A stretch of 64,000 nt of DNA from a virus, in IMG/VR virus record IMGVR_UViG_3300032265_003779, positions 23,591 to 87,590 of that record. One strand, written 5' to 3'. Within the stretch, counting starts at the first letter, position 1. Each line of letters opens with the position of its first letter. The translations under genes and the position numbers were made by a program. The notes beneath the pieces are model-generated. The model was not told where the DNA came from and searched no databases. It saw only the letters and a program-made list of their open reading frames with translations. Positions 9,480-18,695 of this stretch are shown piece after piece.

Positions 9480-11261
9480 ATGAAGCGTAAATTAATCAGC
9501 TATGATGCCTTAAAGAAAATGGAAGAGGCATCCATTTCTAAAATTCAGGAAGAATTGATAAATGCCGAAGAAGTTTTGGCAAATGTTCTGGGTGCCGACC
9601 AGCTTGAACTCGTTTTCTTTAACGAATCAGAGGCTGTTTATAAAACCCTTGATCAAGACTATGTTCGTGCCAATTACAGTGTTGTAAAAGGTGAACTAAA
9701 GCTAGAGAACATCGAAGAGCTTGTAGTAGACGAAGATAGCGAGAAAGGTGAGTCAAAAAAGCTTATCTCCTCGATGATTGATGACCTTGTTGAAAACAAA
9801 GATGAAGAAGCAAGTGCCAAGCTAGATGAGTATCTAGGTCTTGCTGTTGTCCGAAGAAATTTAATTGAAGGATATAAAGCTAAGCTTAGCAATCCTCATG
9901 GAAAACGCAGCAAGCTGTTCCATAAGCACCAAAGAGGAGCACATGTCAGAAAGCGTATTGTTGCCATGATGAAGACTAGGCGTAAGAGAAAAGGAATAAA
10001 GAATTATCTAAAGACCAAAACTGCTCCTATGCGTAAACGACTCAAGGGAATCAGCAATCCAAGAGCAAGAGTTTATGTTGTTAAGACTATGAAAGAATGG
10101 AATAACTTAACAGAGAATGTTCTTGGATATGTTAATTACAAAGAAATGGGTCCACTTTACAAAGAATGCACAATTTCACATGACGATAAAGGTGAAGTAA
10201 ATGCAGTCACAATTCCAACAAAACTAAAGAAGAATGAAGGCAAGATTCTTAGTTTTGACTGGAAGACTATGGACACAGAAGTAAAGGTTTTAAGAAACAA
10301 AGCCAAGAAGCTTAATGAGAACGAAAGATTTATTAGAAGTGTTGTAGAGATCAAGAAGCACAACAATGTTTCAAATAACAGCGGTCTTGAAACTGCTCTT
10401 GAAAATACTGTTGGAGCTTTCCCTGAAGCTCTTTATCTAACTCAAGAAGAAATGGCTGCCACAGTCAAGTCTTGCCTTGAAATGGCTGGATCAAGAAACT
10501 TTGATGATAACACTTGTGATTTTATTGCAGAGGCAATTCTTAGAACAGCTTTTGATGCTTACTCTGAAAGAGTCAACAAGATGGTAGGAATAGCTGGTGT
10601 AAGGCTTGAAAGCACCGACAAATATGTTGAATTCAAAGATGTTGCTAACAAGCTATACAACTATGTTGATGCTTCACAGGAAAAAGATCTAAGCGTGTTC
10701 TCTGATCTTGCCGAAGCTCTTAACAATCTTGCTAAACTTGCTGAAAGTCTTGGTGATGCCGAAGTAGTAACCGAAGCAAAGACTTTACTACAGGAATGCA
10801 TTTACGTTATTAACCAGGAAGTAGAACCAGATGTTCAGTTAGCCGAGTTTGTTGCTAATTATTTAAGAGATATCTACGAGAGTAATTTAAACAGTAAGGA
10901 ATGGGAGCCAATGGATCCAGTGGTATCACCAACAGGTGATCACCCAATGCTTCATGCTCATGCCAAACAAGGTTACTCACCAGCCTCTGATGGTCAGGAT
11001 GACTCAGTAGTAGATTCTGGTAGGGGCTCTGTAAGTGACGGAAAAAATATCAAGAATAATCTTGGTGATGAAATGATGAATAATGGATGGGGTAACATTG
11101 GTGGAGATAGCGTTTATCCTTCACTAAGCAATCCATACTTACTCAAAGACATGGACTTTACCATGAAGGGTGATAAGGGAGTTGACATGGATAGTGATGA
11201 TCTTGGCACAGAACAAGGTAAGGACACTTGGCCAAATCTTCGTAATCCTTTTGCCAAATGA
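9480..11261 (+). CDS. Putative prohead core/internal head protein
   Basis: First gene of the head operon, directly before the protease; Glu-rich helices with a basic internal segment; SD GGGAG. Confidence 0.55.
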   Translation: MKRKLISYDALKKMEEASISKIQEELINAEEVLANVLGADQLELVFFNESEAVYKTLDQDYVRANYSVVKGELKLENIEELVVDEDSEKGESKKLISSMIDDLVENKDEEASAKLDEYLGLAVVRRNLIEGYKAKLSNPHGKRSKLFHKHQRGAHVRKRIVAMMKTRRKRKGIKNYLKTKTAPMRKRLKGISNPRARVYVVKTMKEWNNLTENVLGYVNYKEMGPLYKECTISHDDKGEVNAVTIPTKLKKNEGKILSFDWKTMDTEVKVLRNKAKKLNENERFIRSVVEIKKHNNVSNNSGLETALENTVGAFPEALYLTQEEMAATVKSCLEMAGSRNFDDNTCDFIAEAILRTAFDAYSERVNKMVGIAGVRLESTDKYVEFKDVANKLYNYVDASQEKDLSVFSDLAEALNNLAKLAESLGDAEVVTEAKTLLQECIYVINQEVEPDVQLAEFVANYLRDIYESNLNSKEWEPMDPVVSPTGDHPMLHAHAKQGYSPASDGQDDSVVDSGRGSVSDGKNIKNNLGDEMMNNGWGNIGGDSVYPSLSNPYLLKDMDFTMKGDKGVDMDSDDLGTEQGKDTWPNLRNPFAK

Positions 11262-11277
11262 AATAAGGAGATAAAAA

Positions 11278-11976
11278 ATGAGTAAAGAAATACTATTCGT
11301 AGACAGCTGCAGTAACTCTGGTTTTACTCTGAGTCTTAATGAGTCCGTTAGTGATAAAGGACTCACTAAGTTCAAAGGTAAGTTCCAGGAAGCCGAAGCA
11401 ATTAATAAGAATAAAAGAATGTATCCTTTTGGTGTTCTCAGCGAGAATATTAAAAAACTACAGGAGTGTGTTAAAAATAGAGGCTTGATTGGTGAATTAG
11501 ACCATCCAACAGATAGTATTATTCACTTTGAAAAAGCAAGCCATGTTATTACAAAACTTTGGTGGGAAGGAAATGTATTGATGGGTGAAGGAGAAATCCT
11601 TAATACTCCTCATGGAAAAATATTGAAAAGTCTTTTGAACGATGGTGTAAGAATTGGTATTAGCAGTAGAGGTGTTGGTAATGGTAAGGTTGACGAAAAT
11701 GGCATTCTTGTAATTGGAGAAAGTTACAAGCTTATCACTTTTGATGCTGTAGCCGATCCAAGTACTCATGCTGCTTATCAAGAAAAAGTATCGAGCCCAT
11801 CAGCTAAAAAAGAAGGCTCAATGGTTAATATAGAAAATTCTTCTGCGGATGAAGAATTTTCAAGAAAAAATGAAAGCAGAAGCATATATAAGGGTAATAA
11901 GCAAGCCTTAATTGCATGCTTGGGAACACTAATAGAAAATTCAACTAATTCATTAAAGCGAGGTATAGGCTCATGA
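11278..11976 (+). CDS. gp21: Prohead maturation protease (T4 gp21-like)
   Basis: NKNKRMYP, GELDHP, GISSRGVG, TFDAVADPS motifs. Confidence 0.95.
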   Translation: MSKEILFVDSCSNSGFTLSLNESVSDKGLTKFKGKFQEAEAINKNKRMYPFGVLSENIKKLQECVKNRGLIGELDHPTDSIIHFEKASHVITKLWWEGNVLMGEGEILNTPHGKILKSLLNDGVRIGISSRGVGNGKVDENGILVIGESYKLITFDAVADPSTHAAYQEKVSSPSAKKEGSMVNIENSSADEEFSRKNESRSIYKGNKQALIACLGTLIENSTNSLKRGIGS

Positions 11977-12869
11977 ATCAAAAAATCAAAGAGGCACTTG
12001 AAAAACTATTGCCTGAAGATCAGTTAAGTGAAGTAGTTTCAGCCATTGAGGAAATGCTTGCTGAAGCTAAGACTAGTTTGGAAGAGGAGTTTAACTCCAA
12101 GCTTGAGGAAGCTTATTCTGAGCTTTCAAAAGAACTAAAAGATGCTGAGTCAACTGCTGAAACTGGATATGCCGAAGCATATTCAATCATCAGTGAACTA
12201 AGAAACCGTCTTGAAGTTCAAGGTGAAGAGTATGAGGCTGCTCTTGAAGAGGGTTATGAAGAAGCCTATGGAATGCTCAAAGAAGAGAGAAGCAAGAACA
12301 AAGATCTCGAAGTTTCTCTTTACGAAGAGTATGACAGCAAACTCGCTGAAATGAAGGAATACATTGTCGATAAAGTAGATCAGTTCCTACAGTTCAAGGG
12401 TAGCGAAATTTATGAACAGGCTAAACACGATCTAGTCAATGATCCAAGAACCAGTGAATATAAGAGTGCTTTTGATAAGATCGTTGATATTACAAGTGAT
12501 TACTTAAGTGACGAAGATCATGCAGTCGCTTCAACAGGCAAGCTTGAAGAAGCTAAGAAGGCTGTTGATGATCTTAAGGGTCAGATTAAGCTTCTAGAGG
12601 CTAGAAGTATCCGTTTAAGCACAGAGAACACCAAGCTTAATGAAGCTGTTAGAAGTGCTCACAATGTTATTAACGAACAAAAAGAAACTGTTGTTAAGAA
12701 CAAAAAAGAAGACGTATTAAATGAACAGAATGAAAGAGCCGAAAAGAGTAAGAAAGTATCGGGGAGAGGACAACTAGTTGCTGGTGAAGCTATCATTGCG
12801 GAAAATGCTAGCGAAGACAGCAGCTTTAACGATTTACAAGTCTTAGCTGGTGTTAGAAAAACCAATTAA
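11973..12869 (+). CDS. gp22: Prohead scaffold protein (T4 gp22-like)
   Basis: Acidic coiled coil located between the protease and the capsid gene. Confidence 0.8.
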   Translation: MNQKIKEALEKLLPEDQLSEVVSAIEEMLAEAKTSLEEEFNSKLEEAYSELSKELKDAESTAETGYAEAYSIISELRNRLEVQGEEYEAALEEGYEEAYGMLKEERSKNKDLEVSLYEEYDSKLAEMKEYIVDKVDQFLQFKGSEIYEQAKHDLVNDPRTSEYKSAFDKIVDITSDYLSDEDHAVASTGKLEEAKKAVDDLKGQIKLLEARSIRLSTENTKLNEAVRSAHNVINEQKETVVKNKKEDVLNEQNERAEKSKKVSGRGQLVAGEAIIAENASEDSSFNDLQVLAGVRKTN

Positions 12870-12918
12870 GTAATAATAATAAAGGATTTATAAGTAGTTT
12901 ATAAATAGAAAGTGAAAT

Positions 12919-14349
12919 ATGAATATTAATGCTAAATTTCTTAACGAGGCAAGGGAGTTAGAATCTCGTTGGAAGAAGACTGGCTTATTAGACGGCATCG
13001 AAGATCGTACTGTCCGTAATAACACAGCCGTTCTCCTCGAAAATCAGAGACTGATCAATGAATCAGCAACCGACACAGGTGACGTTGCTCAATTCAAGAG
13101 AATCAGTATTCCTCTTGTTCGTCGTATTTATCCACAGTTGATTGCTAACAAGATCGTTAGCGTCCAGCCATTGCTCGGACCAACCGGTCTTGTTTATTAC
13201 CTCCGTTTTAGATACGGCAGTGATAAAGGTGCCATTCGTGGTGCTAGTAACAAGGTAGGTTTCCCAGGTGACGATGCTAACAGTTTACAACAGCTTGCTG
13301 ATGGAACTGCTAACCTCGACGTCTTCTATTCTCACCAGTTCGTTCAGAATGAAGTTCACCAGAATCTTTCTGCCAATGTTACAAGTGCTACTCTTGAGCA
13401 CATTCCAGTCATTGCTGGAACAGTAACTGGTACAGTTTATGTTGGTACCCAAGTTGTTAACACATTCGTTGTTCCTGCTGCCGGGAGCACCCTTTCATTA
13501 ACAACTGTTGGTGCACCAAGTGCTTATGTTACCGCTGGCACACTCGCTGTTGCTGATGGAACATTATCACTAACCTGGAGTGGTTCAAGCGGTGGTTCTA
13601 AGGTTGTAATCAGCTATGAATACAACATGGAAAACAACCCTGACATGCCAGAAATTAACTTGACAATTGAGAGTCAGGAAATTGCTGCTAAGACTCGTAA
13701 ACTAAAGGCTGTCTGGAGCTATGAAGCTCAGCAGGATTTACGCTCACAGCACAATCTTGACGCCGAAGCTGAGCTAACTGCCGTTCTTGCTCAGGAAATC
13801 AACCTTGAAATCGATCGTGAAGTTCTTGGTGATCTCCGCAATAACGCCGGTACTGTTTCAGCATGGGACTTCAATACTGCTCTTGGTGATACCATCAAGG
13901 AAAAGTATGAATCACTCTACGTCAAAGTTGTTGAAGTAAGTAACGTAATTCACCGTAAGACACTCCGTGGTGGTGCTAACTTTATTGTTACCTCACCAGA
14001 AGTTGCTTCAGTGTTTGAAACAGCTACTGCGGGTTTCGCCCCAGCTCCTTCAGAAACATTTACAAGCTCACTCGGCATCCAGTATGTCGGTACTGTAAAC
14101 AATCGTTGGAGACTGTATAAGGATCCACTGTTCCCAACTGGACAGCTCCTTATGGGTTATAAGGGTGATTCATACATGGATAGTGGATATTTCTACTGCC
14201 CATATGTGCCACTCACTCAGACACCAGTCGTGTTAGATCCAGAATCCTTCTCCCCAAGAAAAGGACTGTTAACAAGGTATGGGAAGAAGTTGCTTCGCGA
14301 AGGGGCAAAATTTTATGCAAGATTGAATATCGCTAACTTCATCGTCTAG
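12919..14349 (+). CDS. gp23: Major capsid protein (T4 gp23-like) with beta-rich insertion domain
   Basis: LLENQ, IPLVRR, VQPLLGPTG, AKTRKLKAVWSYEAQQDLRSQHNLDAEAEL, FYCPYVPL, TRYG. Confidence 0.98.
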   Translation: MNINAKFLNEARELESRWKKTGLLDGIEDRTVRNNTAVLLENQRLINESATDTGDVAQFKRISIPLVRRIYPQLIANKIVSVQPLLGPTGLVYYLRFRYGSDKGAIRGASNKVGFPGDDANSLQQLADGTANLDVFYSHQFVQNEVHQNLSANVTSATLEHIPVIAGTVTGTVYVGTQVVNTFVVPAAGSTLSLTTVGAPSAYVTAGTLAVADGTLSLTWSGSSGGSKVVISYEYNMENNPDMPEINLTIESQEIAAKTRKLKAVWSYEAQQDLRSQHNLDAEAELTAVLAQEINLEIDREVLGDLRNNAGTVSAWDFNTALGDTIKEKYESLYVKVVEVSNVIHRKTLRGGANFIVTSPEVASVFETATAGFAPAPSETFTSSLGIQYVGTVNNRWRLYKDPLFPTGQLLMGYKGDSYMDSGYFYCPYVPLTQTPVVLDPESFSPRKGLLTRYGKKLLREGAKFYARLNIANFIV

Positions 14350-14375
14350 GCTACTACGTGAAGTTTTCACAAACT

Positions 14376-14407
14376 AAACCTTGGCTGGCAACAGTCAAGG
14401 TTTTTTT
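14376..14407 (+). terminator. Intrinsic terminator after the capsid gene
   Basis: AAACCTTGGCTG-GCAA-CAGTCAAGGTTT followed by a T tract. Confidence 0.9.
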
Positions 14408-14448
14408 GTATAATTTGATATGTAAACTCAATAATAAAGGAGATCAAA

Positions 14449-15234
14449 ATGCCAAGTGGTGGAGCAAACAAACTATCTTACGAGAATGTCAAATCAATTG
14501 TTGAATCTCACGGATTTGTTTTTCTTGAAAAAGAGTATATTAATAATAATGAAAAAATGAAAGTAATTTGTGTTTGTGGAAATCAAACAGAGATGAGACT
14601 TAGCAATCTTCAAAAAGGAACAAAATGCAGAAATTGTATGGCTAAATTTAATTCCGAGAATAATAGAACCAAAGATAATGAAATAAAAGAAATATGTGAA
14701 AAAAATAATTGTAAATTTATTGAATCCTGGATACGGCTTAGAAAAACAAGAATTAAATATATTTGTAAATGTGGTAGAGAATCAGAAGCATATTTAACTA
14801 ATTTTAAAAGATATCCTAATTGTAAAAAATGTGGTAATTTAAAAGTATCTGGTGCTAATTGTCATATGTATGATCCAGATAGAGAGGCTGTTAATCTACG
14901 TAAGAGGTTTCGTAAAATGTGTGGTCAACACATCAAAAGATTTATGGAAGCCACAGGACAACGCAAGACACGCCATACACACGAATTGCTCGGCTATACA
15001 CCAAAACAATTACAAGATCATATACTAAGCCACCCAGATTATGAAAATTGTAAAGATAAGGATTGGCATGTAGATCATATAATACCTATACAAGCATTTT
15101 TAGATCATGGAATCTTGGACTTAAAAATCATTAATGCCTTAGAAAATTTAAGACCCATGTTAGGTCCAGAGAATATATCGAAGGCAGATAGTTATGATGA
15201 AGAAGAATTTAAAAGTAAATATTGTAACACATAA
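14449..15234 (+). CDS. Free-standing HNH homing-endonuclease-like protein with Cys zinc-binding repeats
   Basis: Two CxC...CxxC modules; WHVDHIIP...N.LENLRP...ENISK. Confidence 0.85.
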   Translation: MPSGGANKLSYENVKSIVESHGFVFLEKEYINNNEKMKVICVCGNQTEMRLSNLQKGTKCRNCMAKFNSENNRTKDNEIKEICEKNNCKFIESWIRLRKTRIKYICKCGRESEAYLTNFKRYPNCKKCGNLKVSGANCHMYDPDREAVNLRKRFRKMCGQHIKRFMEATGQRKTRHTHELLGYTPKQLQDHILSHPDYENCKDKDWHVDHIIPIQAFLDHGILDLKIINALENLRPMLGPENISKADSYDEEEFKSKYCNT

Positions 15235-15359
15235 AATTATTTTTTAATATTTAAACAATAATTTTTATTTGTCTTTTCGCACCAGCTCCATGTGAGTCAA
15301 AATATTTTTGGTCATGTTTATAATAAGAAATATAATATCTTTCACTATATATTTCTAGA

Positions 15360-15433
15360 CTGGGTATAGCGAAGTTGGCTATCGCACTTGCTTTGGGAGC
15401 AAGGGATCGGGAGTTCGAGTCTCTCTACCCAGA
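15360..15433 (+). tRNA. tRNA-Pro (anticodon UGG), CCA not encoded
   Basis: Acceptor stem CTGGGTA/TACCCAG, D stem GCGA/TCGC, anticodon arm CTTGC-TTTGGGA-GCAAG, T arm GGGAG-TTCGAGT-CTCTC. Confidence 0.95.
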
Positions 15434-15453
15434 TACTTCAAAGAAAGGTTTAT

Positions 15454-15573
15454 ATGAACATATACTCTATATACAATCAAGAATACCGTTATCCTGTCTC
15501 GATAGTTGCTAAAATTTTGGCTGGTGTCGGGGTAGGACTTTTTATTTGGTTTTCTTATCAAGCATGCCTGTGA
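15454..15573 (+). CDS. Small membrane protein, 39 aa
   Basis: SD AAAGG then ATG; hydrophobic C-terminal helix; the track's longer start overlaps the tRNA. Confidence 0.5.
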   Translation: MNIYSIYNQEYRYPVSIVAKILAGVGVGLFIWFSYQACL

Positions 15574-15574
15574 C

Positions 15575-15603
15575 TTGAAATTTTCAGAAACTTCTACTAT
15601 AGT
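15575..15603 (+). promoter_or_regulatory. Sigma70-type promoter
   Basis: TTGAAA-17 nt-TATAGT. Confidence 0.65.
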
Positions 15604-15609
15604 AGAGTA

Positions 15610-15681
15610 GTCCTCGGTAGATGACCCGCTACCAAGATTTTTTAGCGAACAAAAAATCAATGCTCTTTGAGGACAAGGGTT
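15610..15681 (+). ncRNA. Candidate structured 5' leader RNA (multibranch, possible pseudoknot)
   Basis: Stems GTCCTC/GAGGAC, GGTAG/CTACC and GATTTTTT/AAAAAATC, starting at the predicted +1. Confidence 0.45.
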
Positions 15682-15709
15682 TAAACTTTTGGGTTTTTAG
15701 GAGGTTCGT

Positions 15710-16528
15710 ATGGTTTATTCAAATAAGTTTGTAATGTGTATTTTAGTCAATGGTCAAATTGCCAAAGAATTTCCAAATGGCACAACATTGATTCCTTTTG
15801 GCAGTGAATATACAATAAGATTTAGAAATAAAAACTCTAGAAAAGCAGTAGTTAAGTTCTCTATAGATGGAGAAGATGCAGGTGGACAAGGTTATATTAT
15901 TCCTGCTAACGATCATATCGATATAAAACGTTATGCTCACAAAGATGTTGCTTTTAAATTTGTGGATCTAAATAGCCAAGAAGCTATTGATTTCGGAAAA
16001 AATGGAGATAACAAAGATAGAATTAAAGGTGTTATAGAAGCTATATTTTATTTAGAAAAAGAAATTATTAAATGCTACACATATAATAATTCTCCTACTG
16101 TTTATTGGCAAAATGCCTCTCCTAGAAGGACAAAGGGGTTTGGATTTAGTAATCCTACGCACGGAGAAATTACGGCAACTTGTGATAGTTATGAACTCCC
16201 TAGTGGGTGCGTATTGTGTTCAGCAGGTCCGGGAGTTTCCAGCCCAAAGGTTTCTGATGGAGCGACTGTAGAAGGTTCTCAAACAGGACAATATTTTAAT
16301 TATCAACACATAAATCTTGAAAATGATTATGTTGCTGTAAAGACATGTTTACAAGGATATGTCTCAGAAACTAATGATAAGGATTATTGGATTCCTAAAC
16401 GGGCAGAAAAGCTAGAAGAAGAAAATAAAAAGCTTAAGTTAGAAATTACGGAAAAACTTAAGCTAGAAGCTCTTGAAAAAGAAAATAAAAGATTAAAAGA
16501 AGAATTAGAAAAGCTAAAGAACGGTTGA
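15710..16528 (+). CDS. Hypothetical protein: beta-sandwich-like N-terminus, coiled-coil C-terminus
   Basis: Strong SD AGGAGG; EYTIRFRN...FSIDG pattern. Confidence 0.8.
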   Translation: MVYSNKFVMCILVNGQIAKEFPNGTTLIPFGSEYTIRFRNKNSRKAVVKFSIDGEDAGGQGYIIPANDHIDIKRYAHKDVAFKFVDLNSQEAIDFGKNGDNKDRIKGVIEAIFYLEKEIIKCYTYNNSPTVYWQNASPRRTKGFGFSNPTHGEITATCDSYELPSGCVLCSAGPGVSSPKVSDGATVEGSQTGQYFNYQHINLENDYVAVKTCLQGYVSETNDKDYWIPKRAEKLEEENKKLKLEITEKLKLEALEKENKRLKEELEKLKNG

Positions 16529-16531
16529 AAT

Positions 16532-16578
16532 AAAAATCCCCCTGCTAATCTTTATTGGTTAGCAGGGGGATTATTTTT
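16532..16578. terminator. Bidirectional intrinsic terminator
   Basis: AATCCCCCTGCTAA.../...TTAGCAGGGGGATT flanked by A and T tracts, between convergent genes. Confidence 0.9.
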
Positions 16579-16612
16579 ATAATTTAATTATTCAACTTAT
16601 CTAATAATTCTT

Positions 16613-16933
16613 CTATGCTAATTTACTTTTACTCTGTGAAGCATCTCTTGTAGGAGGAGCATAGTCGTTTTCCGTCGTCGCTGGTTTGGTCGTAGGTGGA
16701 CCAGCCATTTTAACTGTTTCAACTAAAACATAAAGACTGGCGGAAAGATTCCTTAACCATTCCTGATCTTCTTCTGAAAAAAAATGCCAGTATTGGTCAA
16801 GTCCTTCTCTAATCTTTTCTCCTTCATCAGACTCATCCTCACCTTTTTTAATGAGTTGATGAAGACTCACAAGGAGATCAACTGATCGTTTCAAAAAATA
16901 CAAATAATCATCTTTTTCGTTTATTTCACTCAT
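16613..16933 (-). CDS. Hypothetical protein
   Basis: ORF within a tightly coupled minus-strand run. Confidence 0.7.
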   Translation of the reverse strand: MSEINEKDDYLYFLKRSVDLLVSLHQLIKKGEDESDEGEKIREGLDQYWHFFSEEDQEWLRNLSASLYVLVETVKMAGPPTTKPATTENDYAPPTRDASQSKSKLA

Positions 16934-17108
16934 AATGACCTCTAGTTACTAGATTTAGACCGAATTGCGAGTCATCTTTATCTTTCCAAGAAAAAATTTC
17001 TTTAGGAATAGAAACAAGAACAGACTCGCCTTCATGATTCGTAATTTCAATTGTGAAATTACGAAATTCATCTGATGATTCTATTACTTTGACAGTGTGT
17101 GTTCTCAT
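16926..17108 (-). CDS. Hypothetical protein
   Basis: SD AAGG; coupled ORF. Confidence 0.65.
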   Translation of the reverse strand: MRTHTVKVIESSDEFRNFTIEITNHEGESVLVSIPKEIFSWKDKDDSQFGLNLVTRGHYE

Positions 17109-17123
17109 ATAAATACCTTTTTT

Positions 17124-17585
17124 TCATTCATCGAAAAAAGCTTTTACTATCGTTAATGCAGAAAATAAATTGTTTACTCTGTATCCGCACATAGCAAACA
17201 GCATGGAATGAGAATGAATATTACTGACATCATCCTCAATAATTAATACAATAGGAATATGTTTGTGGTATGCCCAAGCAATTTCAAACATACAACCAAT
17301 GCTGACTTTGGTTGCACCTAAAAGATTAACAACAATAATATCTGAATTCACCACATCAGAATGATCTCTGGTTAAGATTGCTGGTCCACCAGATAAAATT
17401 CCAAGCTTTTCATTTCCTGTTGCTGAAATATCTTTGCAATCTTTTAAATAATGTTTGCCTCGCATTGGTGATAAACATTTTATTTTGTCAGATTTAGTAA
17501 TTTCATTTTTAAACCACACTCTCCAATCGTTTGATTCATCATAAGAAAGAGAAGTTATTGGTCCAGCCAAGTAAACTTTATTCAT
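17124..17585 (-). CDS. Nucleoside 2-deoxyribosyltransferase-like protein
   Basis: VYLAGPI, D..SDIIVVNL, SIGCMFEIAWA (catalytic Glu), KHIP. Confidence 0.8.
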   Translation of the reverse strand: MNKVYLAGPITSLSYDESNDWRVWFKNEITKSDKIKCLSPMRGKHYLKDCKDISATGNEKLGILSGGPAILTRDHSDVVNSDIIVVNLLGATKVSIGCMFEIAWAYHKHIPIVLIIEDDVSNIHSHSMLFAMCGYRVNNLFSALTIVKAFFDE

Positions 17586-17587
17586 AT

Positions 17588-17941
17588 TTAAAACCTTCCT
17601 TTACCGCCGGCAGGCATTGGTGCAAATCCTCGGAAAGACGGATCAAATGATACTTTTTTTGCAGAACGATTTACAGGCATTTTCTTTTCAATTCTTTCGA
17701 CCGCTTCTCGTAGCAGCTTAATTTCATTGGTTAAATTTTTAATTGCATCAATAGGTTCTCGCCTATTTTTTTCTATTACTGCTTGTTGTTTTCTAGCTCT
17801 TTCGGCTTCAGCTTCATACTTGCGAGTGTCTTGATCTTCGACGCTGCCGACCTCACTGTCCCACGGCGGCACTTCTAATGTATGTGCCACAGAAGACAGT
17901 AGAAACACAAACGCTAAAAATCCTATAAAAACTTTTTTCAT
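17588..17941 (-). CDS. Exported hypothetical protein with coiled coil
   Basis: Signal-peptide-like N-terminus MKKVFIGFLAFVFLLSSVA. Confidence 0.7.
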   Translation of the reverse strand: MKKVFIGFLAFVFLLSSVAHTLEVPPWDSEVGSVEDQDTRKYEAEAERARKQQAVIEKNRREPIDAIKNLTNEIKLLREAVERIEKKMPVNRSAKKVSFDPSFRGFAPMPAGGKGRF

Positions 17942-17942
17942 T

Positions 17943-18242
17943 TTATTTGTCCTTCTTTTTTGCTTTGCGATCTTTTATAACATCTTTCAAAAAATCTCTA
18001 ATTGCACATTGGCGTTTAATATTAATTTCAACATCTTTAAGCCAATCTTTTATATTAGCATCTTCTCTTACGTAAATCTGCTCTGAGCCTTGCTCAACTA
18101 TGATTAAACCACCATCATCTTCATCATAAATACACGCTTTTAATTTAATTTTATCCTTTTTATCTGTGTATTCGTTGTATGGAAAATCACGAGGCTTTTT
18201 AATATTTTTAATATTCATTTGAACTCCGTATTTTCTGCCCAT
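17943..18242 (-). CDS. Hypothetical protein
   Basis: Coupled ORF. Confidence 0.65.
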   Translation of the reverse strand: MGRKYGVQMNIKNIKKPRDFPYNEYTDKKDKIKLKACIYDEDDGGLIIVEQGSEQIYVREDANIKDWLKDVEINIKRQCAIRDFLKDVIKDRKAKKKDK

Positions 18243-18601
18243 TGATATAGATCTTTTTTGTTGAAAAAGACTGGCTTGTTCAACTTTTTAAACTCTTCAA
18301 CTTCTCCATCTGCTCCTGAGCTATCGTATTGGGAGTAGTTTAGTTTTTCATTAACAACGCCCAATCTCAAACATGCATCATATCTGTTTAAAAGAGCCAA
18401 ATCATATGCTATCCAGTCTTTGTAAGGTCTTGGAAAAATTGTATGTTGAAAATGCGACCAAAGAGGAACTACGGGAATTACTATTTTCTCATCCATCAAT
18501 TCATCAAAAACCTTACATTGAAAGTGGACATTAACACTAACGTCACCTTTTGTATATGGAGAAGCAATATAAACTACTGGTTTCATGCTATTATGATACA
18601 C
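18215..18601 (-). CDS. DUF1937/DUF4406-like NDT-fold protein
   Basis: VYIASPY, W...DLALL.RYDA, SSGADGEVE, KPVF. Confidence 0.7.
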   Translation of the reverse strand: MYHNSMKPVVYIASPYTKGDVSVNVHFQCKVFDELMDEKIVIPVVPLWSHFQHTIFPRPYKDWIAYDLALLNRYDACLRLGVVNEKLNYSQYDSSGADGEVEEFKKLNKPVFFNKKDLYQWAENTEFK

Positions 18602-18695
18602 AAATTCTACAGTATAATCAAGAGTTAAAAATAAAAAAATTTAATTTTTTTTATTATTAAAGTAATATATATGTTATAAAGAAGGAGACTTTCAT

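Noticed and set aside
15379-15660. 93-aa minus-strand ORF
   Set aside because: Overlaps the tRNA-Pro, the promoter and the structured leader on the opposite strand
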